Positions 45,462 through 55,759 of a DNA stretch of 64,000 bases are shown one piece after another. The notes beneath the pieces are model-generated. The model saw only the letters and a program-made list of their open reading frames with translations. It was not told the origin of the DNA and searched no databases. Location of the stretch: assembly GCA_963699165.1 (NCBI GenBank), contig OY969413.1, positions 724,562 through 788,561 of the forward strand, given 5' to 3'. Each line of letters opens with the position of its first letter. Position 1 is the stretch's first letter. The translations under genes were made by a program, and so were the position numbers. The DNA comes from Candidatus Kaiserbacteria bacterium. GTDB taxonomy: Bacteria > Patescibacteriota > Minisyncoccia > Phycocordibacterales > Phycocordibacteraceae.

Positions 45462-45982
45462 TTTTTCTTGTCTGCGGGTATATAGTCAACCATGTAGGCG
45501 TGCTCCCACAAATCAACCGCCAAAATAATCGGCAGACCGGCGAGCTGTCCGAGCTCGTGGTCGCCGACGAAAACCGTATGCACGGTGTTCGCCGAGGGGT
45601 CGGCATACACGACGACCCAGCCGATGCCGCGGCTGCCGGCGACTTCTTTGATGTGCGCCATGAAATTTTCTCCGCTGCCGTATTTTTCATTGACCGCAAG
45701 CGCGAGTCCGGATTTCTCATCGCCGCCTTTCTCGCCTTCGAATTGAGAAAAATAATATTCATGCATGCGCATGCCGTCGAATTCAAATGCAAAGCGGCGG
45801 CGCAATTCCGCCATCGCGTATGCATTTCCTTCGGCGTCGGTTTTTTTTAACTCGCGCAACTTTTCGTGGATAAGATTCACATGCTTCACATATCCTTCGT
45901 ACAACGCAAGATGCACTTTAATTTGTTTTTCCGAAATTCCTTCGAGCACGGGCAGGTTGAATGTTTTTACGGGGTAGGTCAT
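45377..45982 (-). CDS. sodA: Fe/Mn superoxide dismutase
   Basis: DLWEHAYMVDY (D-x-W-E-H-A-Y signature), N-terminal FNLPVL..; 3' end overlaps comEC 3' end convergently. Confidence 0.85.
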   Translation of the reverse strand: MTYPVKTFNLPVLEGISEKQIKVHLALYEGYVKHVNLIHEKLRELKKTDAEGNAYAMAELRRRFAFEFDGMRMHEYYFSQFEGEKGGDEKSGLALAVNEKYGSGENFMAHIKEVAGSRGIGWVVVYADPSANTVHTVFVGDHELGQLAGLPIILAVDLWEHAYMVDYIPADKKNYVDAFLANVNWSVPEKRFDEAMKNSAA

Positions 45983-46010
45983 AGGAATAAAAGTACCATA
46001 TACTTCGTGT

Positions 46011-46583
46011 ATGCCGCGTGAATTATCCATTAGTTTCTCCATTCTTCTCTTTGCGGGTCTTATAGCCGCAAACGCATATGTGTTTCAAAAACTGCACGCG
46101 CCTGCGGCAACCGAGGTTACTGTTTTTGCGGCGGGGAAGGGAACGGCCGCACTCGTGCGCGCACCAAGCGGCGAAACGCTTCTCGTCAACGCCGGTTCCG
46201 ATGCAAGTATCTTGCGCGCGCTCGGAGCGGCGCTGCCGCCGTGGCAGAGAAATCTCGATGCCGTCATGGTGACCGACATGTCTGCAAATAACGCCGGGGG
46301 ATTGCCGGATGTGCTTCATCGCTACAAAGTCGCGGCGCTCATACGGCCGGATTTGGAGGGTTCGAAAGGTCTGGAAGCCGCGCTCGCCGCAGCGGCGAGC
46401 GCGAATACGTCCGTGCGCCGCCTAAGGGCGGCGCACGGCATTCGCATCACGCTTGCAAGCTCGACTTCAATCGACATTCTCTCGTCCGATACATTCGACA
46501 TTTCCTACGGGCAGTCCGTTCTTCATATCTCATCAAGCACGCCAAAAAGCCTGTATATACTTGATGGAAATCCGATTAAATAA
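46011..46583 (+). CDS. ComEC-associated degenerate metallo-beta-lactamase-fold domain protein
   Basis: VTVFAAGKGTAALVRAPSGETLLVNAGSD ... VMVTDMSANNAGGL resembles the ComEC MBL domain with the HxHxDH motif degenerated. Confidence 0.5.
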   Translation: MPRELSISFSILLFAGLIAANAYVFQKLHAPAATEVTVFAAGKGTAALVRAPSGETLLVNAGSDASILRALGAALPPWQRNLDAVMVTDMSANNAGGLPDVLHRYKVAALIRPDLEGSKGLEAALAAAASANTSVRRLRAAHGIRITLASSTSIDILSSDTFDISYGQSVLHISSSTPKSLYILDGNPIK

Positions 46584-46818
46584 CCTTCGCCTTTTTGAGC
46601 GATGCAAACGCGCCGTTCTTTTTAATCGTCTTCAAACCCTTCATGGAGACATCGACAATGACCGTCTTGCCGAGTTCGGCGACATAGATGCGGCGGCGCT
46701 GGAGATTGGCCTTCCGGCGGACCTTGCCGGTAGGGTTAAATTGCGTCGCGCGGGTTCGGTTTGAATACCGTCCGCCGATTTGCGTGCTTTTGCCGGTTAT
46801 TTCACATGCTCGTGCCAT
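46576..46818 (-). CDS. rpmB: 50S ribosomal protein L28
   Basis: MARACEITGKSTQIGGRYSNRTRATQFNPTGKVRRKANLQ. Confidence 0.8.
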   Translation of the reverse strand: MARACEITGKSTQIGGRYSNRTRATQFNPTGKVRRKANLQRRRIYVAELGKTVIVDVSMKGLKTIKKNGAFASLKKAKVI

Positions 46819-46857
46819 AGTCGTCGCATGGTACCATACGGTACGAATCCCGCAAAC

Positions 46858-47505
46858 ATGGACATCGCTCTCACCATTTTAACCTTTATAGTGCTCATTC
46901 TTTCCGTCATTGCCCACGAGGTGGCGCACGGCTATGCGGCCAACTCGCTCGGCGACCCGACCGCGCGGCTTGCCGGCCGTCTGACACTCAATCCTATTCC
47001 GCACATCGACCCGCTCGGCTCGATTATTTTGCCCGCACTCCTTATGTTGACCAACTCGCCCATCTTTTTCGGCTGGGCGAAACCGGTCCCGTACAATCCG
47101 CATAATTTGCGCGACCAGCGATGGGGCGAAACGATTGTTGCGCTTGCGGGCGTTGCGACAAACTTTTTTTTCGCGCTTGTCTTCGGCCTTCTCGTCCGCT
47201 TCGGCGCGTCTCTCGGACTTGATGCGGCCATGCTTTCTTTTGCGTCAACCATTGCCTTTATCAACCTTTTCCTCGGGATGTTCAATTTGATTCCTTTTCC
47301 GCCGCTCGACGGTTTTACCGCGCTCCGCTCCGCGCTTCCGTGGCGTTTTTCTTCGGGCCTTTATCGTTTTGAGAACCGCATGCGAAGCACGGGCTTTGTG
47401 TCGCTCATTCTTTTTCTGTTCGTGTTTTCATACATCCTTGCGGGACCATTCTATGATTTCGTCGGCTGGATGTTTCATCTTTTAACGAACACCTACTATG
47501 CCTGA
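46858..47505 (+). CDS. site-2 protease family (M50) zinc metalloprotease
   Basis: HEVAHGY (HExxH) in first TM helix, LNPIPHIDPLGS motif. Confidence 0.75.
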   Translation: MDIALTILTFIVLILSVIAHEVAHGYAANSLGDPTARLAGRLTLNPIPHIDPLGSIILPALLMLTNSPIFFGWAKPVPYNPHNLRDQRWGETIVALAGVATNFFFALVFGLLVRFGASLGLDAAMLSFASTIAFINLFLGMFNLIPFPPLDGFTALRSALPWRFSSGLYRFENRMRSTGFVSLILFLFVFSYILAGPFYDFVGWMFHLLTNTYYA

Positions 47506-48838
47506 ATCGAGCATCATCATCATTGTCGGAATTACGGGCGATTTGTCGAGGCGGTATTTGCTCCCTGCGCTTGGCGAGATGGCTTTCGCCGGAGTGTTTT
47601 CGAAACCGTTTCGCATCGTCGGCATCACGCGGCAGGAACATATGAATCTCGATGAGTTACTCTCGGGAATCGCCAACGCCGAGCACATTCGCCCGCACAT
47701 TGAATTATTTTCCATGTCGCTTGTCGATGACGCAGAATATAAAATTCTTTCGTCAAAACTTTCAGCCATCGAGGTCGATTTCGGCGGCGGAGCGCAGCGC
47801 CTCTGGTATCTTGCGGTGCCGCCGAAAACCGCATGGCCGATTATCGAACATCTCGGCGTATCCGGGCTTTCAAAAGCGCCGCATACAAAACTGCTACTCG
47901 AGAAGCCGTTCGGCATCGATGAAGAAAGCGCTCGCGAACTCATTACACACGTCGAAAAATCGTTTACCGAACAGCAGGTGTACCGTATCGACCACTATCT
48001 CGCAAAAGAAACGGTTCAAAACATCGTCGTGTTTCGCCGAGACAATCCGCTCTTTGAACAAACATGGAACGGCGACTTCATAGAACGAGTCGACATTCTT
48101 GTGAGCGAGAAAATCGGCATTGAAGGCCGCGCCGCCTTTTACGAACAAACGGGAGCGCTTCGCGATGTCGTGCAAAGCCACTTGCTGCAGCTTGCCGCGC
48201 TCACGCTCATGGAGCTGCCCGAAGACGGCGAATGGGCGCGCATTCCCGAGGCGCGCCGGAAAATTTTGAGCACGCTCGCCGTCGCACCCGAACGTGCGCG
48301 GCGCGGACAATATGCCGGCTACCGCGACGAAGTCGGCAACCCGGGTTCAATGGTTGAAACATTCGCATCGCTTACGCTCGTTTCGAGCGAGCCGCGCTGG
48401 CGCGATGTTCCGATACGGCTCACGACCGGCAAAGCACTCGGGGAGCGGAAAATGGAAATCGTCACAACCTATCGCCATACTGCAGCGACGGAAGGGAATC
48501 GCCTGTCCATCCGAATCCAGCCCGACGAAAGTATCGAGTTTTGCATTAATGCGAAAAAGCCGGGCTATGAGCAGGCAACGGAACGCATTCCGCTCACTTT
48601 TACCTACGCCGACCATTTTGGCGCGCTTTCCGGCGCCTATGAGCGCGTCTTCCTCGATGCGCTCCATGGAAACCACGCCCTCTTCGTCGGAAGCGAAGAA
48701 GTGCTCGAATCGTGGCGCATTATCGACGCCGCAAGAAAAATTTTCGAATCGACCCCAGGCAATCTTCTTATACATGAGCGCGGGGAATCGCCCGAACGCA
48801 TTTTGAGCATGGACGCTTCGGGTTCGATGCGGAAGTAA
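47498..48838 (+). CDS. zwf: glucose-6-phosphate 1-dehydrogenase
   Basis: NADP site IIVGITGDLSRRYLLPAL, active-site RIDHYLAKE. Confidence 0.9.
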   Translation: MPESSIIIIVGITGDLSRRYLLPALGEMAFAGVFSKPFRIVGITRQEHMNLDELLSGIANAEHIRPHIELFSMSLVDDAEYKILSSKLSAIEVDFGGGAQRLWYLAVPPKTAWPIIEHLGVSGLSKAPHTKLLLEKPFGIDEESARELITHVEKSFTEQQVYRIDHYLAKETVQNIVVFRRDNPLFEQTWNGDFIERVDILVSEKIGIEGRAAFYEQTGALRDVVQSHLLQLAALTLMELPEDGEWARIPEARRKILSTLAVAPERARRGQYAGYRDEVGNPGSMVETFASLTLVSSEPRWRDVPIRLTTGKALGERKMEIVTTYRHTAATEGNRLSIRIQPDESIEFCINAKKPGYEQATERIPLTFTYADHFGALSGAYERVFLDALHGNHALFVGSEEVLESWRIIDAARKIFESTPGNLLIHERGESPERILSMDASGSMRK

Positions 48839-48886
48839 ACAGCGTTTTTGCATTTTTTGACGCAAACAACTGGTATACTGGAGGGA

Positions 48887-49318
48887 ATGGAATATCAGGT
48901 GCCGCAATTTATCGAGGTCGAGGACAAAATTATCGGACCGCTGACCTTGAAACAGTTCATTTATATCGCCGGCGGCGCCGGGTTATGCGTCGTCTTTTTC
49001 ACTTTTTTGCCGTTCTTTCTCGCGGCGTTGTTGTCCCTGCCGATTGCGGTGCTTACATGGGCGCTCGCTTTTTACAAAGTAAACGGCAAGCCGTTCATCG
49101 AGGTTCTCGAAGCCGGATTCAATTACTGGATCGGCGCAAAACTGTTTCTCTGGAAACACCAAGATGCGGAGGTTCCGCAGAGAAAACCGGTTCCGGTTGC
49201 GCCGGAAACGCATGCGGTGGCGGGCGCGCCGCGGCTGTCGCGCGGAAAACTTTCCGAACTGGCGTGGTCGCTTGACGTAAACACGGAAGGCGGCGCGGCC
49301 GCCGACCGCGAGAAATAA
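48887..49318 (+). CDS. PrgI-like small membrane protein (T4SS-like cluster)
   Basis: Two TM helices after conserved QFIEVEDKIIGPLTLKQFIYI; GGAGGGA RBS. Confidence 0.5.
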   Translation: MEYQVPQFIEVEDKIIGPLTLKQFIYIAGGAGLCVVFFTFLPFFLAALLSLPIAVLTWALAFYKVNGKPFIEVLEAGFNYWIGAKLFLWKHQDAEVPQRKPVPVAPETHAVAGAPRLSRGKLSELAWSLDVNTEGGAAADREK

Positions 49319-49319
49319 T

Positions 49320-49961
49320 ATGGCAACTCAGCAAACGGGCATCACGCAGCAATTCGTTCCGGTCAAGGAAATCCGGAACGGCATCGTCATTCTGAAGGAC
49401 GGCAGCTACCGCGGCGTTCTTATCTGTTCGGCAATTAACTTCGGCCTGAAATCGCCCGACGAACAGCAGGCGATTACGCTCGGATTTCAAAACTTTCTGA
49501 ATACGCTCGATTTTTCGATTCAGATTGTCGTGAATTCCCGAAAAATGGATTTGCGTCCGTATCTTGCCATGCTTGAAGAGAAGACAACCGACCAAAAGAC
49601 CGAGCTGATGAAAATCCAGCTTCGCGAATACATTGAGTTCATCCGTTCGTTTACGGACCAGGCGAACATTATGACAAAATCGTTTTATATCGTCGTGCCG
49701 TATACGCCGCGCGTTACCGTCGCTTCCGCTACGAACTTTTTGCGGCGAGACAAAACTGCGGCGGCGGCTCCCGTTACCGACAGCCGCACTTTCGAGGAAG
49801 ATCGCGCGCAGCTCGAACAGCGGCTTACGCTTGTCGCGAGCTCGCTTGGAAACACGGGCGTGCGTGCGGCGCCGCTCGGCACCGAAGAAGTCATCGAACT
49901 GTTGTACCGCTCCTTTAATCCCGGCGAGCTCGAAAACCCGATTCGCCTCGATGAAAACTGA
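49320..49961 (+). CDS. hypothetical protein of T4SS-like cluster
   Basis: Translationally coupled between PrgI-like and VirB4-like genes. Confidence 0.45.
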   Translation: MATQQTGITQQFVPVKEIRNGIVILKDGSYRGVLICSAINFGLKSPDEQQAITLGFQNFLNTLDFSIQIVVNSRKMDLRPYLAMLEEKTTDQKTELMKIQLREYIEFIRSFTDQANIMTKSFYIVVPYTPRVTVASATNFLRRDKTAAAAPVTDSRTFEEDRAQLEQRLTLVASSLGNTGVRAAPLGTEEVIELLYRSFNPGELENPIRLDEN

Positions 49962-51783
49962 TATGGCCCTGCTTGATTTTCTCAACCGCAAGAATAGTGC
50001 CGAGATACCCGAAGTCATACCGGTGCTGCCGAAAGATATTTATAAGCGCGGCGCGCTCGATCTCGTCGACACCATCGCGCCGGCTGCACTCAAGATAAAT
50101 TCCCGCGACATAGAGCTCGGTGAAAAATTCGTTCGCGCGTTTTACACGGTTTCGTATCCGCGCTTCCTTTCCGACAGCTGGTTTTCACCCGTTATCAATC
50201 TCGACCGCGTGCTCGATGTTTCGATTTTCATTCATCCGGTCGCAACCGAGCAGGCGCTTCGCGCATTCCAGAAAAAAGTCGCGGAAGTGCAGAGCCAAAT
50301 CAGCGAGCGGGAATCGAAAGGCCTTGTGCGCGACCCGCTTCTTGATACCGCGTATCAGGACCTCGAAAGCTTGCGCGACAATCTGCAGCAGGCGCAGGAA
50401 AAACTCTTTGATGTCGGCCTCTATCTCGCGCTCTACGGCGATACCCAGGAAGAAATCGACAAAACCGAAGGCGATATACGAGGCATCCTCGATGCGAAAC
50501 TCGTGTACACGAAACCCGCGCTATTCCAACAAGAACAGGGTTTTCGTTCGTGCCTGCCGCTCGGGACCGACGAACTCCTCGTCAATTCAAAATTGAATTC
50601 GTCCCCCCTTTCCTCCATTTTCCCGTTCGTCTCCTTCGACCTCACGAGCGACCGCGGCATTCTCTACGGCATCAACCGCCACAATGCATCGCTCATTCTG
50701 TTCGACCGCTTCTCGCTCGAAAACTACAACTCGGTCGTCTTCGCAAAATCCGGTTCGGGAAAAAGCTACGCGACCAAACTCGAAGTACTGCGCTCGCTCA
50801 TGTTCGGCGTCGATGTCATCGTTATCGACCCGGAAAAAGAATACGAACAGCTTGCCGAGGCGACCGGCGGCCGCTCTTTCCATATTTCGCTGTCGTCCGA
50901 ACATCACATCAATCCGTTCGATTTGCCGCCGGTGAAAGAAGACGAGGATCCGAAAGATATTTTGCGCTCGAACATTATCGCGCTCGTCGGACTCTTCCGT
51001 ATTATGCTCGGCGGTCTTTCGCCGGAAGAAGACGCAATCATCGACCGGGCCATCAGCGAAACCTATGCGCTGAAAGACATCACGGGCGACACCGATTTCA
51101 CGGGCGCCGAGCCGCCGCTGCTTTCCGATTTCGAGCAGGTGCTCTCGAACATGGCCGGCAGCGAGTCGCTCGTACAGCGCCTCTCGAAATACACGCATGG
51201 CACTTGGGCCGGATTCCTCAATCAGCCGACAAACATCGACATCAACCAGCAGTTCGTCGTCTTCTCGGTGCGTGAGATGGAAGACGAGCTTAAACCGGTC
51301 GCGATGTACATCATCACGCACTACATATGGAACGCCGTGCGCCACGAACTTAAAAAGCGCCTCCTTGTCATCGATGAGGCGTGGTGGATGATGAAGAGCG
51401 ACGACACCGCGTCGTTCTTGTATTCGGTCGCGAAGCGCGGTCGCAAATACTATCTTGGCGTCTGTACCATCACGCAAGACGTCGAGGACTTCCTCAAGAG
51501 CCCGTACGGCCGTCCGATTCTCACCAACTCATCGATGCAGCTTCTGCTCAAACAATCGCCGACGACAATCGACGTACTCCAACAGACGTTCAGCTTAACC
51601 GATGAAGAAAAATATCTCCTGCTCGAAGCGGGCGTCGGGGAAGGACTGTTCTTCGCGGGACTGAAACACGTCGCGATTCGCGTTGTCGCAAGCTACACCG
51701 AGGATCAAATCATTACGTCCGACCCGTCGCAACTGATTGCCATTAAACAGGAGAAGGCGCGGTATGCCGCAGATGGAAAATAA
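49950..51783 (+). CDS. VirB4/TrbE/TraC-family type IV secretion ATPase
   Basis: Walker A FAKSGSGKSYATK, Walker B LLVIDEAWWMM, C-terminal GxCTITQ region. Confidence 0.8.
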
Positions 51784-52666
51784 CGAACCGCCGCCGGAAA
51801 CAATGACGTGGGGGAAAGCCGCGCCCGTACTCGCGCTTTCCGTTATCTTTGACGCGTTGCGGTTTGTTTTCGATATGTTTTGGCTCTTCGCTCCGCTTAT
51901 CGCGTCCGGTATTGCGGCTGTTGTGGCAAGCGGGGTCGTCAATCAGTGGGTAGGGTGGGCGCCGGGAGCGATAAAGGACGGCATTGTTTCGGCGACCGTC
52001 ACCATCGCCGGTCTCGGCACGGTTGCCGGAACTGAGGTTATTGCCCCTTTCGGAGTTTTTATGGCGATGGCAACGGGCTTGTGCGGCTGGCTCACCATCG
52101 GCGCCATTTTGGTAGTCACAAACCGACGCATTTTCGCTGAAAACACGGAAACCGTGCTTGAATACGGATCAACTCTTGCAGGAAGCGAACTGCCTATCTT
52201 GAATGCTCTTCCGATGCTAACCGTAGTGACGACGAGAATGTACCGGAAGCAAATTCGTCTCGAGAAAGCGGCATTGAAAAAATATGAACAAGGACTGGCC
52301 CAAGCAAGGATGTTTCAACATAATGCGCGAGACGCAAAAGTGACGGAAATTCTGCGGCATCGCGAGGCAAAGGCGCGCGCCCAAGAGGAAAGTGGGGAGG
52401 ATGGGGAGAGCGGACGGAATCAGAGCCGCTCGGCGACCGGCACGTTCCCGGGTGATTCCGCCATTCCGCAAGCAGTCCGTCCGCCTTCTGCGGCGAGCAC
52501 AGTAACGTCCCTCGAGGACTTTAAAGCAAATCGGCAATCGGCTCGGCAGATGCCAAGAGGATCGGTCATTCCAAGAGCCCCGGGCACCGTTGCGTCCCTT
52601 GATGACCATCGCGCAAATCGGCAGCCGCCCGGCACAATCCCCGAAACGGACAAAATACCGGCATGA
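51764..52666 (+). CDS. polytopic membrane protein (VirB6/TrbL-like) with C-terminal tandem repeats
   Basis: Several TM helices then repeats LEDFKANRQSARQMP / LDDHRANRQPPGTIP. Confidence 0.45.
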   Translation: MPQMENNEPPPETMTWGKAAPVLALSVIFDALRFVFDMFWLFAPLIASGIAAVVASGVVNQWVGWAPGAIKDGIVSATVTIAGLGTVAGTEVIAPFGVFMAMATGLCGWLTIGAILVVTNRRIFAENTETVLEYGSTLAGSELPILNALPMLTVVTTRMYRKQIRLEKAALKKYEQGLAQARMFQHNARDAKVTEILRHREAKARAQEESGEDGESGRNQSRSATGTFPGDSAIPQAVRPPSAASTVTSLEDFKANRQSARQMPRGSVIPRAPGTVASLDDHRANRQPPGTIPETDKIPA

Positions 52667-53679
52667 CGTATCTCTGCACGCGATATACTAGCAGCATGCG
52701 CTTTCTTTCTTCCGCAATCATTCTCATCCTTGCGCTTCCCGTTGCGGCGCTCGCGCAATCCGTAGCCAGCACCAATCCGTTTGACATATCGGTGAATCCG
52801 CAATATCCGACCCCGAACAGTACGGCAACGATTTCCTTTACCTCGAATTCTCTCGACCTTGCAAATGCAACCGTTACGGTCACCGCAAACGGCACGCGGT
52901 TATACCAAGGAGCCGTGGAACCGGTTCCTATCACGCTTGGTCGCGCGGGAAGCGCCACAAACATATCCGCAACTGTGGTCTCGGAAGGAGAAAGTTATAC
53001 CCAACAGATAACCATCCAACCGGAGGATGTTGTTCTCGTTGTCGAGCCGATTTCTTCCGCACCGCCCTTATACCCCGGGAAATCATTGGTGCCGCTCGAA
53101 GGGAGTTCGCGCATCGTGGCTATGGCAAATCTTGAGACCGCGAGCGGTAAAACGCTTGACCCGTCAACGCTGTCCTACGCATGGACGGTAGACGACGCGC
53201 AAATCGGAGATTCCTCCGGCATCGGCAAGGATTCCATCATCGTCGCTTCGCCGATGCAATACCGAAGACGCACCGTTTCCGTCGTCGTTATGAGTACCGA
53301 CGGAGCGCTTGTCGGAAGCGCCGGACTCTCGCTCATTCCACAACAGCCGACCGTGCGCATCTATGAAAATGATTCTTTGCTCGGTATCGAATACAACCGC
53401 GCTCTCGCTGGCAGTTACGCGCTTCCCGGCGCTGAAGAATCGCTCTACGCCGGAACATTCTCTTTTCCAACCGCCACCGGCGCGCCGAGCGTTCGCTGGT
53501 TTTTAAACGGCGCGGCCGCTCAAACCGGCGATTCCATCACACTGCGTCCGACGGGCTCGGGACAGGGAGCCGCTTCGCTTTCGCTCACCGCTTCGGCCGG
53601 CACGTTTACGACGGCCACACAGGCGTTGACCGTTATGTTCGGACAAACGTCCCGGGGTTTTAATTTATTTGGCTTATGA
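52663..53679 (+). CDS. secreted hypothetical protein
   Basis: Signal peptide MRFLSSAIILILALPVAALAQ. Confidence 0.45.
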   Translation: MTYLCTRYTSSMRFLSSAIILILALPVAALAQSVASTNPFDISVNPQYPTPNSTATISFTSNSLDLANATVTVTANGTRLYQGAVEPVPITLGRAGSATNISATVVSEGESYTQQITIQPEDVVLVVEPISSAPPLYPGKSLVPLEGSSRIVAMANLETASGKTLDPSTLSYAWTVDDAQIGDSSGIGKDSIIVASPMQYRRRTVSVVVMSTDGALVGSAGLSLIPQQPTVRIYENDSLLGIEYNRALAGSYALPGAEESLYAGTFSFPTATGAPSVRWFLNGAAAQTGDSITLRPTGSGQGAASLSLTASAGTFTTATQALTVMFGQTSRGFNLFGL

Positions 53680-54557
53680 AAAAGATTCTCGCTCCGCTTC
53701 TCATTCTATTCACCGTCGTTGGCATTGCGGTTCCGCACGTTCTTGCACAGGGTTTTGTGCCGCTCGCGCCGATTCCGGGTCTCACCGATAACGTGCAGGC
53801 AAGCCAGGGCGGTCTCGCCGACTTTCTGAACAATCTGTATAAATTCCTCATTGGCATTGCAGCCGCGCTTGCCGTCATCGTGATTATTTGGAGCGGCCTT
53901 GAAATTGCGCTCAATCCGGGAAACGTTAGCAAAATGGGCGAGAGCCGAAGCAGAATCGTCGGCGCTATTTTCGGCCTTATCCTTGTTCTTTCACCCGTTC
54001 TTGTTTTTTCAATCATCAATCCGAGCATCTTGAATCTGTCGCTCGACCTGCCGGTTATCGGCAACACAATGTCGGGCACCTCCGGACAAACCCCACCGAC
54101 CACAACCACGACTCCGGGATGTACGCTGTCTTCCGGCACGACTTATCTGCTGACCTATTCCTGCACGGACACAAACACCGCGAATAGCTATACCTGCCCG
54201 GGCGGTTTTACCCTCAATAAAAGCGGAAGCAGTTCGAGCGTATATTGCGAAGATCCGAATTATAAAGTCACGTTTTATGTGACTACGGATAACACCGGCG
54301 GCATGAATCCGGCGGTTCAGCCCTTTTATAATCAAGCCGTCCCGTCGGGCACGTGGGGAAAAACGACACTGCAAGCGTTTGAGAGCGGGTGCTCCGCTGA
54401 TGGCGGACAAACCTATGCCGACGGTTCACCGATAAATGCAACGCAAATCACGCCCGGCGAAGCCGGCAGCGCCGCCTCCTGTCCGGCAAATTCCGGTGCC
54501 CCTGCCGGAGCAAAATGCGTTGATGTACAATTGCTTTGCCAGCCGTCGTCGCCATAA
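53676..54557 (+). CDS. VirB2/TrbC-like pilin-family protein with Thr/Ser/Cys-rich C-terminal extension
   Basis: Signal peptide, then two hydrophobic helices LYKFLIGIAAALAVIVIIWSG and IVGAIFGLILVLSPVLVFSI typical of T4SS pilins. Confidence 0.5.
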   Translation: MKKILAPLLILFTVVGIAVPHVLAQGFVPLAPIPGLTDNVQASQGGLADFLNNLYKFLIGIAAALAVIVIIWSGLEIALNPGNVSKMGESRSRIVGAIFGLILVLSPVLVFSIINPSILNLSLDLPVIGNTMSGTSGQTPPTTTTTPGCTLSSGTTYLLTYSCTDTNTANSYTCPGGFTLNKSGSSSSVYCEDPNYKVTFYVTTDNTGGMNPAVQPFYNQAVPSGTWGKTTLQAFESGCSADGGQTYADGSPINATQITPGEAGSAASCPANSGAPAGAKCVDVQLLCQPSSP

Positions 54558-55759
54558 TTGCCATGCGCCGAACACTTCTCATCGCTTCAGTCATAATTGT
54601 CATCCTCGGCATCGGCGTGCTCGTGTATTTCTTTTTCTTCGCAAAATCGCCGAGCATCACAACCACACCCGGAGGAAACACAAACTTCCCGACGGCAGGG
54701 CAGGGCACTGCGGCAACTCAAACAACGGAAAATGAATCTGCTCCGAGCGCTCCGGTCGTCGTCTCGCCGCGGCTGGTGCAAATAAGCGCAGGGCCGGTAG
54801 TGACCGGCGAAGCCGTCATTGATGAAAAGTCCGCGGAGGCAAGTTCCACGACTGATATCGCCGTCGACTACATCGAGCGGCAAAGCGGTAACGTATTTAC
54901 ATATCTTGAGAACGAAAAAACGAACACCCGCATCTCGAACAAGACCATTCCCGGCATCCAGTCGGCTTCATGGCTTCCCGACGGTTCGCGGGCGTTTGTC
55001 CGCTATCTCTCCGGAACGGACTTTTTAACCGTAAACACCTACGCTCTTTCGGCAAGCTCCACCGATGGATTTTTCCTGCCGCAAAACCTTACCGATATTG
55101 CGGTATCATCGACAAGCGTGCTTGCGCTTGCATCGGGCGTAAACGGTTCAACGGCTTCACTGTCGCGTGCCGACGGCACAAACGCAATGAATGTTTTTTC
55201 CACGCCGCTTTCCTCGCTACGTGTCGGTTTTGCGGGTAAGTCGCAATATCTCGCGACAACAAGGGCCTCCGCGACACTTCCGGGCGATGCGTTTTTGGTC
55301 GACGCAACCGGACATTTTTCGCGCATCGCGGGCCCGCTAAACGGCCTCGTCGCGCTTGCCAGCCCATCGGGAAAATACGTACTTGCCAGCTATTCTCTCA
55401 ACGGGAGCATGGAGATGGAGTTGGTTGACGCTTCGAGCGGACAAACCATCCCTCTTCCGATCGCAACCATCGCCGATAAATGCGTATGGGCGCCGGATAG
55501 TTCCTCCATCTACTGCGGTATCCCGGTGAGTCCGCCATCCGGCTTTTCATATCCGGACGACTGGTATCAAGGTGCCGTTCCGTTTGCCGACCGCATCTGG
55601 AAAATAGACGTTGCAAACCGTGTCGCGGAGCTGGTGTTGGATTTTTCGGGGCAAACAAAAGATTCCATCGATATCGAATCGCCCGCCATCGACGCCAACG
55701 GCTCAACGCTCGTCTTTGTCAATAAAAACGACGGATCCCTTTGGAGTTATTCGCTATAA
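54536..55759 (+). CDS. membrane-anchored hypothetical protein (possible beta-propeller)
   Basis: N-terminal TM helix; repeated W-x-PDGS motifs. Confidence 0.4.
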   Translation: MPAVVAIIAMRRTLLIASVIIVILGIGVLVYFFFFAKSPSITTTPGGNTNFPTAGQGTAATQTTENESAPSAPVVVSPRLVQISAGPVVTGEAVIDEKSAEASSTTDIAVDYIERQSGNVFTYLENEKTNTRISNKTIPGIQSASWLPDGSRAFVRYLSGTDFLTVNTYALSASSTDGFFLPQNLTDIAVSSTSVLALASGVNGSTASLSRADGTNAMNVFSTPLSSLRVGFAGKSQYLATTRASATLPGDAFLVDATGHFSRIAGPLNGLVALASPSGKYVLASYSLNGSMEMELVDASSGQTIPLPIATIADKCVWAPDSSSIYCGIPVSPPSGFSYPDDWYQGAVPFADRIWKIDVANRVAELVLDFSGQTKDSIDIESPAIDANGSTLVFVNKNDGSLWSYSL

